54,098 nucleotides of DNA, taken from assembly GCA_045600005.1 (NCBI GenBank), contig JAZRXB010000330.1:1-54098 (forward strand), in the 5' to 3' direction. The position numbers and the translations under genes are program-made. This document shows positions 28,608 through 36,943 of the stretch, one piece after another (the stretch's first letter is position 1; every line of letters begins with the position of its first letter). The notes below the pieces were generated by a model that was not told the origin of the DNA, did no database searches, and saw only the letters and a list, made by a program, of their open reading frames with translations. The DNA is from Eubacteriales bacterium (lineage in GTDB: Bacteria > Bacillota > Clostridia > Oscillospirales > CAG-272).

Positions 28608-30245
28608 ATGTGGCGGGATAAAGAAGCGCGGCGATATATGATCGGCTTTGTCAGCGCCTTTCTGCTGTTCACGGGGCTTCGCATCGCTGCGAATAGTATC
28701 GACTTCACGCCGGAACGTCCCTTCTTCCTTTATATGATCTCGCAGATCGGCTGCGTCCTGATCATAAGCTGCTGGATGCTCACCGTGCAGAGCAGGATCA
28801 TCCATCGGAAAGTCAGACGGCTGATGCTCGGAATAGGCGGTCTGTTCCTTCTTTACTTTTTTATGCAGATGATAAAATACTGCCTGTTTTCCGAAGATGT
28901 GACGATCTGCCGGTATATGTGGTACGGCTATTATACCCCCATGACGCTGATCCCGCTTCTGGCCTTCTATATCCTGCAATACCTGTCCGTCCCGGAAGAA
29001 AGTATAAACACGCATTGGAGACTGCTGGCCTTTCCTGCCGTGCTGATCTGCCTTGCTTTTCTGACCAACGATTTTCATCAGCTTGTCTTTGGGCTGCCGT
29101 ATGGATATGAAGCCGTAGATAAGGGACGGACATTAGGGACGTTCTACTTTTTCTTTATTGGTTATATTGCGCTGCTTTTTATTCTCGGAATGCGCAGCAT
29201 GATCCTCATGTATCGGAACCGGAAAGGAAAAAAGAAACTGATCTACCCGGCTGTCCCGCCTGTGATCGGCACTCTGTATTATATCATGTATGCCGTCAAG
29301 CCGGAATGGATCATGGCAAACGGAGTCAAGCTGTTCGAGATACCGGAGACTTTCGCCTTTATCATGATCGGTTTTCTGGAGGTCTGTATCCAGATCGAAT
29401 TGATCCCGTCCAATATGGGCTACGACAAGCTGTTTTCTCTTACCGGGATCCCTGCCCGCATAGAAGATCTCAGCGGGAATACGGTATATGCCACAAAGGG
29501 CGCGGATAACCTCCTGGAAGAATCGGAAAATCACCACGTCATGCAGACGGCGGTCACGGGCGGCAGCTTCTATTACGACGTGGATCTGAGCGTATTGAAC
29601 CGTCTGAACAGGGAGCTGGATGAAACGACGGCAAATCTGGAGGCGAGAAACGAGCTGCTGCGCCACGAGAACGAGATCGCCGAGGAACGCGAAAAGTCCG
29701 AAGCGGCCATCCGCATTTATGACCGCATTTCGGAGCTTGTCCGTCCGCAGATACTGGAAATTCAGAAACTGCTGTCGGAGGATCCTGCCGATGAAGAACG
29801 GTTTCGCAAGAACCTTGTACGGAGCGCCGTGCTGAACGCCTATGTCAAGCGCCGGAGCAACATGGAGCTGGAAGCGCAGAAGGACGGTACGCTTCCGTTC
29901 AAAGAGCTGGTCACGGCGACTGCGGAAACGCTGGAATACCTGAAGCTGTCCGGCGCGGAAGCCTTCCTTTCCTCCTCCGGCGAAGGAAGCTGTCCCGCCG
30001 GGCAGATCTGCCGCTCCTACCACGCTTTTGAAGGCGTTGCGGAAGCGATCGTCGGCGTCGTGGATTATGTGACGGTACGCCTTACTCTGGGGGATGCTGT
30101 TCGTATCCGCTTCCTTCTGAGCGGAAAAACCGAACTGCCGGATCTTTCCGGGCTTCCGCTTTCCGGCTGTGAAATGGAATACCAGAAGGAAGAAAGCGAC
30201 ACGGAGCTTCTGCTCTGTATTTCAGAAGGCGGTGACGGACAGTGA
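28608..30245 (+). CDS. Multi-TM sensor protein, degenerate histidine kinase (probable pseudokinase)
   Basis: About 7 hydrophobic segments, PAS-like stretch, coiled coil, RIYDRI in place of an H-box, no recognisable N or G boxes. Confidence 0.7.
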   Translation: MWRDKEARRYMIGFVSAFLLFTGLRIAANSIDFTPERPFFLYMISQIGCVLIISCWMLTVQSRIIHRKVRRLMLGIGGLFLLYFFMQMIKYCLFSEDVTICRYMWYGYYTPMTLIPLLAFYILQYLSVPEESINTHWRLLAFPAVLICLAFLTNDFHQLVFGLPYGYEAVDKGRTLGTFYFFFIGYIALLFILGMRSMILMYRNRKGKKKLIYPAVPPVIGTLYYIMYAVKPEWIMANGVKLFEIPETFAFIMIGFLEVCIQIELIPSNMGYDKLFSLTGIPARIEDLSGNTVYATKGADNLLEESENHHVMQTAVTGGSFYYDVDLSVLNRLNRELDETTANLEARNELLRHENEIAEEREKSEAAIRIYDRISELVRPQILEIQKLLSEDPADEERFRKNLVRSAVLNAYVKRRSNMELEAQKDGTLPFKELVTATAETLEYLKLSGAEAFLSSSGEGSCPAGQICRSYHAFEGVAEAIVGVVDYVTVRLTLGDAVRIRFLLSGKTELPDLSGLPLSGCEMEYQKEESDTELLLCISEGGDGQ

Positions 30246-31498
30246 CCGTATATATGGAATTGCCGGTATATGCAAGAGGCGTTATTTCACTGTGGTTTGT
30301 CCTGCTGCTGCTGTTCTCCTGCGTGGCGGTATTTCGCCTGTTTTCTCAAAAGAATTATCTTCTGGCGATCCCCGCCGTCTGCATTCCGGCTGTGAGCTAC
30401 GTTGGGGTGCAGTATTGCGTGCATGTCAACAAATGCCATGAATACGGTTTCACATCGCCGCGCCTGCCGTCCCTCTTTGGCGGGATGAGCTTTATATGGC
30501 TGATCCTCCTTGGGCTGCTTTTGACAGCGCTGGCTGCGTGGCTGTTCCTTTACTCGGAACGGTGGCGTAAAATACACGTAAATGCCGCATCCCTGAAAGA
30601 AGGCATGGACGATCTTCCCTCCGGGCTGTGCTGGTACTTTGAGGACGGGACCGTTGCGCTCAGAAACCGCGTCATGGAGCGTCTCTGCTATGCGGTCACA
30701 GACCATGAACTGTACGACGGCGCTTTGCTGGAAGCGGAGCTGCGCCGCCGGATGGACGGAAACAACGTCATGACGCTCCCGGACGGTACGGCGTGGAGTA
30801 TCAATCTGAACACCGTGGAAAAGGACGGCGCGGCGCTTCGTGAGATCTGTGCCAACGACATTACGGAGGAATACAAAACGACCCTGCTTCTGACGGATAA
30901 GCAGAGAGAAGCGCGGCTTGCCAATGAGAAGCTGACGGCATACAGCCGGGAGCTGGCGCAGATGATCACGGCGGGAGAGATCCTTGCCGCAAAGGTACGC
31001 ATCCATGACGAGCTGGGGCAGGGGCTTCTGCTCACGAGAAAATACCTGCTTCGCGGCGGTACGGCAGAGGATAAGGAAAAGCTGCTGTATGTGCTTCGCA
31101 GGAACAGCTTGCTTCTGGAAAGCAGCCGCGGCGAGAGCGGACGGTCTTATCTGGACATGATCCTGGAAGCGGCTTCCGATATGGGCGTCCGCCTTGTCAT
31201 AGACGGCAGAATGCCGGAAAAGCGTTCGGTCAGCGATGTTATTACGACTGCCATTCACGAAAACCTCACCAACACCATCCGCCACGCTCAGGGCGACGAA
31301 ATGAGGGTGGAGCTTGTAAACGAACGCGGGCTGCTCACGGCGGTATTCACCAACAACGGCATGACCCCCTCTGCACCCGTGGAGGAACGGGGCGGACTTG
31401 CCATGCTCCGCTCATTGGTTGAAGCCGCGGGCGGAGAAATGACAATCGAGCATACGCCGGAATACAAAATGACGCTCCGGTTTGAGATCGAAGAATGA
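30242..31498 (+). CDS. Membrane histidine kinase, HisKA_3 (NarX/DesK-like)
   Basis: H-box KVRIHDELGQ, N-box ENLTNTIRHA, NNG, GGL; GTG overlaps upstream TGA. Confidence 0.85.
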   Translation: MTVYMELPVYARGVISLWFVLLLLFSCVAVFRLFSQKNYLLAIPAVCIPAVSYVGVQYCVHVNKCHEYGFTSPRLPSLFGGMSFIWLILLGLLLTALAAWLFLYSERWRKIHVNAASLKEGMDDLPSGLCWYFEDGTVALRNRVMERLCYAVTDHELYDGALLEAELRRRMDGNNVMTLPDGTAWSINLNTVEKDGAALREICANDITEEYKTTLLLTDKQREARLANEKLTAYSRELAQMITAGEILAAKVRIHDELGQGLLLTRKYLLRGGTAEDKEKLLYVLRRNSLLLESSRGESGRSYLDMILEAASDMGVRLVIDGRMPEKRSVSDVITTAIHENLTNTIRHAQGDEMRVELVNERGLLTAVFTNNGMTPSAPVEERGGLAMLRSLVEAAGGEMTIEHTPEYKMTLRFEIEE

Positions 31499-31502
31499 AC
31501 GA

Positions 31503-31724
31503 TAGCGGATTGTTTAATGCTTTAAGATGACAAACGTTATAATATAATCCGTTTTTTATGTCGGCTTTGCCGACATAAAAACACCTCTAAGGCGAGCCGG
31601 GGCGAGCCCTCGCGCCGATATGGGGAGAGCCGACAAAACAAATTTTGTCGGCTGACAAAACTTTGTTTTGTCGGCGGCGATAAGCGCGAGTATCGATTGT
31701 AAAACGCAGTTTTACAATCGCCTA
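31503..31724 (+). mobile_element. MITE-like element, copy 3 (extra internal hairpin)
   Basis: TAGCGGATTGT...ACAATCGCCTA ends; AGAATGAACGA direct repeat at 31492-31502 and 31725-31735. Confidence 0.88.
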
Positions 31725-31750
31725 AGAATGAACGACGTAAGGAGGACACT

Positions 31751-32367
31751 ATGGTACGGGTTCTGATATGCGACGATCAGGTCATATCCAGACAGCTTTT
31801 GAAATGATCGTAAACGGTTCTGAAAACTATAAGCTGGTAAAATCTCTGGGATCCGCAAAGGTGGCGGATATCTACTGCTCAGGCGGCAGCGTCGACCTGA
31901 TCCTGATGGACATCGTAATGAACGACATGAACGGGCTGGACGCGGCGGAAATGATCAAAAGGAAATACCCCAAGATCAAGATCATCATCGTGACCTCCAT
32001 GCCGGACGCGGCGTTCATCGAACGGGCAAGGCAGATCGGCGTGGATTCCTTCTGGTATAAGGAGGTGCAGGACGCGCCCATGCTGGACGTGATGGACAGG
32101 ACGATGGCGGGCGAACACATCTACCCGGACAGCGCGCCCGTGACGAAGCTGGGGCTTGCCGAAAGCACGGAGTTTACGGAACGGGAGCTTGATACGCTCC
32201 GAAAGCTGGTCAGCGGTCTTTCCGACAAAGAGATCGCTGAGCAGCTTGGGATCAGCTACAACACGGTGCGGGTGTATATCTCAAGTATGCTGCAGAAAAC
32301 AGGCTTCCAGTCCCGGACGGAGCTTGCCTTAAAAGCCGCAAAGAGCGGTATCGTGGTCCCCGAATAA
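31751..32367 (+). pseudogene. NarL/LuxR-type response regulator with 1-nt frameshift
   Basis: AAGGAGG-ATG reads MVRVLICDDQVISRQL then stops; remainder (FEMIV...LMDIVM...GLD...VTS...FTERE...HTH) is in another frame; junction at T4 run 31797-31800. Confidence 0.85.
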
Positions 32368-32378
32368 AGCCGGGGGAC

Positions 32379-32425
32379 AAAAACTGCCGACAGTGCGCGG
32401 GATGCGCAGACTGCCGGCAGTTTTT
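32379..32425 (+). terminator. Intrinsic terminator
   Basis: AAAACTGCCG / CGGCAGTTTT stem followed by T-rich tract. Confidence 0.75.
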
Positions 32426-32449
32426 CTGCTTTTTTTGAAATTTTTCTGC

Positions 32450-32498
32450 CGGACTAATCGGTTTCAGTGATGCGCGGCAGAAAAAAACAGTCTATAAT
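32450..32498 (+). promoter_or_regulatory. Activator box plus -10 (copy B)
   Basis: CGGACTAATCGGTTTCAGTGATGCG-18bp-TATAAT. Confidence 0.75.
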
Positions 32499-32640
32499 AT
32501 GGTAAACAGGCGCGGAAAGGACGGCGACGCCGCCGTGAGGGGGCTTTCCTGTCATATCCGCGGCGAGCCGCAGGTCCCGTACCGCCTGTAAATACGGCAA
32601 CACACATGATTCAATTTTATTTTTTCAGGAGGAATCCAAT

Positions 32641-35547
32641 ATGAAGAAGATAGTCCTTAGTTTCATGTTCTGTCTCTTGATGTGCCTGCTGCTGATGCCG
32701 ACGACGGTCTTCGCGGCGGACATCGCCAGCGGCGCCGGCTGGAACCTGAGCGACGACGGCGTTCTGCACATCACCGGCGCTGTGTCCGGAGGATTCGGAT
32801 TAACGTATGCGCAGAAGCTGCAGGTCACATCCGCAGTTACAACGCCGGGTGCTTCGATCTCCAGCGGCAATCAGTTGTTCTATGGATTTGAAAATATGAC
32901 TTCCGCTGATTTAAGTGATCTCGATACCGGCAGCGTGATCAGCATGTACGGTATGTTCGCCGGCTGCAGCAGTCTTACTGCTCTTGACTTAAGCGGCTTT
33001 GACACCGGCAGCGTGACTAGTATGGAGTATATGTTCTTACAATGCAACAGTCTTACCTCTCTTGATGTAAGCGGCTTTGATACCGGCAGCGTGATCGATA
33101 TGGGTCGCATGTTCTATAACTGCAACAGTCTTACCACTCTTGACGTCAGCGGTTTTGATACCGGCAAAGTGACCAACATGACCGGCATGTTCGATAACTG
33201 CAGCGGTCTTACCTCTCTTGACTTAAGCGGCTTTGACACCGGCAGCGTGATCAGCATGGACAGTATGTTCGCCGGCTGCAGCAGTCTTACTGCTCTTGAC
33301 TTAAGCGGCTTTGACACCGGCAGCGTGATCAGCATGGACAGTATGTTCGCCGGCTGCTTCAGTCTTACTGCTCTTGACTTAAGCGGCTTTGACACCGGCA
33401 GCGTGATCAGCATGGACAGTATGTTCTCCAGCTGCATCGGTCTTACTGCTCTTGACTTAAGCGGCTTTGACACCGGCAAAGTGACCGACATGGACATGAT
33501 GTTCGTTAGCTGCCACAGTCTTACTGCTCTTGACTTAAGCGGCTTTGACACCGGCAGCGTGATCAGTATGGGGCATATGTTCTATGGCTGCAACAGTCTT
33601 ACCTCTCTTGATGTAAGCGGTTTTGACACCGGCAGCGTGACTAATATGGAGTATATGTTCTATAACTGCAGCAGCCTTACCTCGCTTGGAATAAGGCCTG
33701 ATATTCTGACCAAAAATGTATTCGATATTATTGCCATTCGTTCACCCTGGCAGAAGCAGGGAACCACAGACTTATATTATACTACGGCTGATCTTCAGGC
33801 GGTGACCAATAATCTGGTCCTGTGCGTTCCTACCAGCTACACCGTCACCGTTCAGAACGACGGGAACGGTACGGCGTCGGCAGACAAAACGTCCGCAATT
33901 TTTAATGAGACTGTCACTCTGTCCGCAGCGCCGAACACGGGCTATCATTTCAAGGAATGGCAGTCCTCCGACGTGACGGTCGCCGGCGATACCTTTGCCA
34001 TGCCGGCGAAGAACGTTACCGTAAAGGCGGTTTTTGAAGTCGATCCTCTGACCGGTACCGTCACGATCACCGGTACCGCAAAGTACAATGAAACACTGAC
34101 GGCGAGCGTTACCGATACGAACAACACCGGAATCCTGTCCTATCAGTGGGAACGCGACGGCTCCGCCATTACCGGCGCAACAGCCGATACCTATACGCTG
34201 ACCGCCGACGACGTCGGCAGGATCATCACGGTTTCGGTTTCCAGCAGCGTGGAGAGCGGCACGATCACCAGCGCGGCTTCCCCCGCGGTTGAAAAGGCAG
34301 ACGGTCCCGCCGCGCCCGCCGGTCTGACCGCCATGGACTGCACGACCATAGCAAACGATGACGGCAGGATCACCGGTACCACAAGCGCAATGGAATACAG
34401 CACGGACAGCGCCTTTTCATCCGGTGTGTCCTGCTCCGGAACCGAGATCACCGGTCTTTCCTTTGGAACCTACTATGTCCGCATTGCGGAGACCGCGACC
34501 CATAAGGCGGGCGAGGCGGCTGCTCTGATCGTCAAGGAGTTTTTCCCTACGATCACCTTTGACGCAAACGGCGGCAGCGTAACTCCCGCCAGCGATATTG
34601 TCGGCGCAGATCACAGACTCGCTTCTCTGCCTGTGCCTGTCCACAGCGACGACAGTTACAGCTTCAACGGCTGGTACACGGAGGCAGTCAACGGCTCCCT
34701 GGTCACGGCCGGCAAGGTATTCACCGAAGACGCCACGATCTATGCGCATTGGAAATATATCGGCGGCAGTCATATCTTCGTTACCTATACGCTGTCCTTC
34801 AACACCAACGGCGGCTCTGAGATCGGCGGTATTCTGGATATCTACGGTACGGTCGTTGATCTTGGCGGATACGTTCCCGAAAAGAGCGGCTATGACTTCG
34901 GCGGCTGGTACGCCGATCCGGCGCTGACCAGACCTGTTGACGAGATCAGGCTCACCGACAACGCGACCGTTTACGCAAAGTGGATCGACAGGATCCCGTT
35001 CGGCGACATCCGCAAATCCGATCCGTTCTATGACGATGCTGTCTATATGTACAATAAGGGTCTGATGGTCGGCGTGTCCGACACGGAATTCGCACCGTAC
35101 ACCACCCTGAGCCGCGGCATGATCGTGACGATCCTGTACCGTCTCGAAGGTGAACCCGCGTTCACGAACGACAACATCTTCACCGACGTGGAAGATGGCA
35201 GCTGGTACGAGAAGGCTGTCGTCTGGGCAAACGGCAGCGGCATCGTCCTCGGTTACGGCGACGGCATATTCGGACCGGACGATCCCGTGACCCGCGAACA
35301 GATGGCGGCGATCCTGTACCGCTACGCGCAGTACAGGGGTTATGATGTGACCATCGACGAGAACACGAAATTCACGAGCTTTGACGATGTGTCCGATATC
35401 TCCGAATACGCGCAGGCTCCGATGTTCTGGGCGCTGGATAACGGACTGATCGACGACGAGAACGGCCGGCTGTATCCTGCCGATAACGCCACCCGCGCGG
35501 TCGTCGCGGCATTCTTCCATCGCTTCTGCGAAGCGTTCGCAAAGTAA
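32641..35547 (+). CDS. BspA/DUF285-type LRR surface protein with InlB-B-like repeats and three SLH domains
   Basis: Signal peptide ending VFA; ten 26-aa repeats; ITFDANGG and LSFNTNGG repeats; SLH motifs (FAP...LSRG, FGPDDPVTREQMA, PADNATRA). Confidence 0.9.
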   Translation: MKKIVLSFMFCLLMCLLLMPTTVFAADIASGAGWNLSDDGVLHITGAVSGGFGLTYAQKLQVTSAVTTPGASISSGNQLFYGFENMTSADLSDLDTGSVISMYGMFAGCSSLTALDLSGFDTGSVTSMEYMFLQCNSLTSLDVSGFDTGSVIDMGRMFYNCNSLTTLDVSGFDTGKVTNMTGMFDNCSGLTSLDLSGFDTGSVISMDSMFAGCSSLTALDLSGFDTGSVISMDSMFAGCFSLTALDLSGFDTGSVISMDSMFSSCIGLTALDLSGFDTGKVTDMDMMFVSCHSLTALDLSGFDTGSVISMGHMFYGCNSLTSLDVSGFDTGSVTNMEYMFYNCSSLTSLGIRPDILTKNVFDIIAIRSPWQKQGTTDLYYTTADLQAVTNNLVLCVPTSYTVTVQNDGNGTASADKTSAIFNETVTLSAAPNTGYHFKEWQSSDVTVAGDTFAMPAKNVTVKAVFEVDPLTGTVTITGTAKYNETLTASVTDTNNTGILSYQWERDGSAITGATADTYTLTADDVGRIITVSVSSSVESGTITSAASPAVEKADGPAAPAGLTAMDCTTIANDDGRITGTTSAMEYSTDSAFSSGVSCSGTEITGLSFGTYYVRIAETATHKAGEAAALIVKEFFPTITFDANGGSVTPASDIVGADHRLASLPVPVHSDDSYSFNGWYTEAVNGSLVTAGKVFTEDATIYAHWKYIGGSHIFVTYTLSFNTNGGSEIGGILDIYGTVVDLGGYVPEKSGYDFGGWYADPALTRPVDEIRLTDNATVYAKWIDRIPFGDIRKSDPFYDDAVYMYNKGLMVGVSDTEFAPYTTLSRGMIVTILYRLEGEPAFTNDNIFTDVEDGSWYEKAVVWANGSGIVLGYGDGIFGPDDPVTREQMAAILYRYAQYRGYDVTIDENTKFTSFDDVSDISEYAQAPMFWALDNGLIDDENGRLYPADNATRAVVAAFFHRFCEAFAK
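32896..33675 (+). repeat. Ten tandem 78-bp coding repeats
   Basis: Consensus LTxLDLSGFDTGSVxxMxxMFxxCxS. Confidence 0.95.
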
Positions 35548-35566
35548 TATCAGTCATATCAAATGA

Positions 35567-35594
35567 AAAGCGGCTGCCTTCGGGCAGCCGCTTT
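35567..35594. terminator. Bidirectional terminator
   Basis: AAAGCGGCTGCC-TTCG-GGCAGCCGCTTT. Confidence 0.88.
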
Positions 35595-35632
35595 GCCTTC
35601 TGTCAGAAGCCCGTATGGGGTGAAGAAGGTCG

Positions 35633-36562
35633 TTATTCGGCGAACATCGGGGTGGAGAGATACCGGTCGCCGGTGTCGGGAAGAAGCGCGACGATCATTT
35701 TGCCGCGGTTCTCCGGGCGCTTTGCGAGGATTGAAGCCGCGTGAAGCGCCGCGCCGGACGTAATGCCGACGAGAACGCCTTCAAGCCGTGCGGCGGCTCT
35801 TCCTGCCGCGAACGCATCCCCGTCCGTGACCGGAAGGATCTCGTCGTAAACCGTGCGGTCGAGAATTTCGGGGACGAAGTTCGCGCCGATGCCCTGGAGC
35901 ATATGCGCGCCCGCTTCGCCCTTCGTCAGAAGCGGCGAGGAAGCCGGTTCGACGCCGACGATCTTCACGTTCGGATTCCGCTCTTTCAGATACCGTCCGA
36001 TGCCGGTCAGCGTGCCGCCCGTGCCGACGCCTGCGACGAACAGGTCGATCTTCCCGTCGGTGTCGTTCCAGATCTCGGGACCGGTCGTGTCGTAGTGCGC
36101 TTTCGGATTGGCGGGATTGACGAACTGACCGGGAATGAAGCTGCCGGGGATGGATTTTGCCAGCTCGTCCGCCTTTTCGACCGCGCCGGTCATGCCCTTC
36201 GAGCCGCCGGTCAGAACGATCTCGGCGCCGTAGGCTTTTAAGAGACTGCGGCGTTCGACGCTCATCGTTTCGGGCATGGTGAGGATGACATGATAACCGC
36301 GCACGGCGGCGACCATCGCGAGTCCGATGCCGGTGTTGCCGCTGGTCGGCTCGATGATCGTCGCGCCGGGCGCGAGCAGCCCCTTTGCTTCGGCGTCGTC
36401 GAGCATGGCTTTTGCGGCGCGGTCCTTGACGCTTCCGGCGGGATTGAGGTATTCGAGCTTGGCAAGCACGCGCGCGTCGAGGTCGTACTGCTTTTCAAAA
36501 TTCTTCATCTCAAGAAGCGGCGTGCCGCCGATGAGATCGGTGATCTGTTCATGGATTTTCAT
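35633..36562 (-). CDS. cysK: Cysteine synthase A
   Basis: NPAGSVKDR PLP lysine, EPTSGNTG, GVGTGGT, LQGIG, PDTGDRYLST. Confidence 0.96.
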   Translation of the reverse strand: MKIHEQITDLIGGTPLLEMKNFEKQYDLDARVLAKLEYLNPAGSVKDRAAKAMLDDAEAKGLLAPGATIIEPTSGNTGIGLAMVAAVRGYHVILTMPETMSVERRSLLKAYGAEIVLTGGSKGMTGAVEKADELAKSIPGSFIPGQFVNPANPKAHYDTTGPEIWNDTDGKIDLFVAGVGTGGTLTGIGRYLKERNPNVKIVGVEPASSPLLTKGEAGAHMLQGIGANFVPEILDRTVYDEILPVTDGDAFAAGRAAARLEGVLVGITSGAALHAASILAKRPENRGKMIVALLPDTGDRYLSTPMFAE

Positions 36563-36598
36563 AGAAAGTTCCTTTCCGTTTCGGTATATTCCGTTTTC

Positions 36599-36627
36599 AT
36601 TATAACGCGGCGTGTCGCCGGTGTCAA
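36599..36627 (-). promoter_or_regulatory. cysK promoter
   Basis: Perfect TTGACA-17bp-TATAAT on minus strand. Confidence 0.85.
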
Positions 36628-36688
36628 GACCCCTTCCGGCGCAAAGAGGGAAAAATCGCAAATTTCGCACCGAAACCCGGACAGAGAC

Positions 36689-36717
36689 TTGACAAATCGC
36701 CCCCTTCGTGCTAAACT
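36689..36717 (+). promoter_or_regulatory. Promoter of glycyl-radical enzyme operon
   Basis: TTGACA-17bp-TAAACT with TGn extension. Confidence 0.75.
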
Positions 36718-36751
36718 TAAAATAGCCGTTTTGCCGCGACAAAACGAAAAG

Positions 36752-36916
36752 GTGTCGATTGTTAAATGCCTTGAGATGACGAGCGTTATAATAAAAACAC
36801 CTCTAAGGCGAGCAAAGCGAGCCTTCGCGCCGATATGGGGAGAGCCGACAAAACAAATTTTGTCAGCGGCGATAAGCGCGAGTTCCGATTGTAAAACGTA
36901 GTTTTACAATCGTTTT
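36752..36916 (+). mobile_element. MITE-like element, copy 4 (degenerate, first hairpin deleted)
   Basis: Shares GATTGT..AATGC..AGATGAC..GTTATAAT, CACCTCTAAGGCGAGC, GATAAGCGCGAG and the terminal palindrome; eroded flanking repeat AAACGAAAAG / AAACGAATAG. Confidence 0.8.
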
Positions 36917-36943
36917 AAACGAATAGACAAGGAGATATGCCGG

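Noticed and set aside
31768-32367. ORF-track start MRRSGHIQTA for the response regulator
   Set aside because: No well-spaced RBS and lacks the receiver N-terminus; the true start is 31751 with a frameshift.
32896-33675. Regular repeat with variable inserts resembling a CRISPR array or DGR target
   Set aside because: In-frame 78-bp coding repeats without unique spacers; no cas or reverse transcriptase gene, and no separate template repeat in the window.
28251-35621. CCCGCATGGGGT (28251) versus CCCGTATGGGGT (35610) as possible att sites around the signalling module
   Set aside because: Only 11/12 bp in GC-rich DNA, with no integrase or tRNA target; cannot be distinguished from chance.
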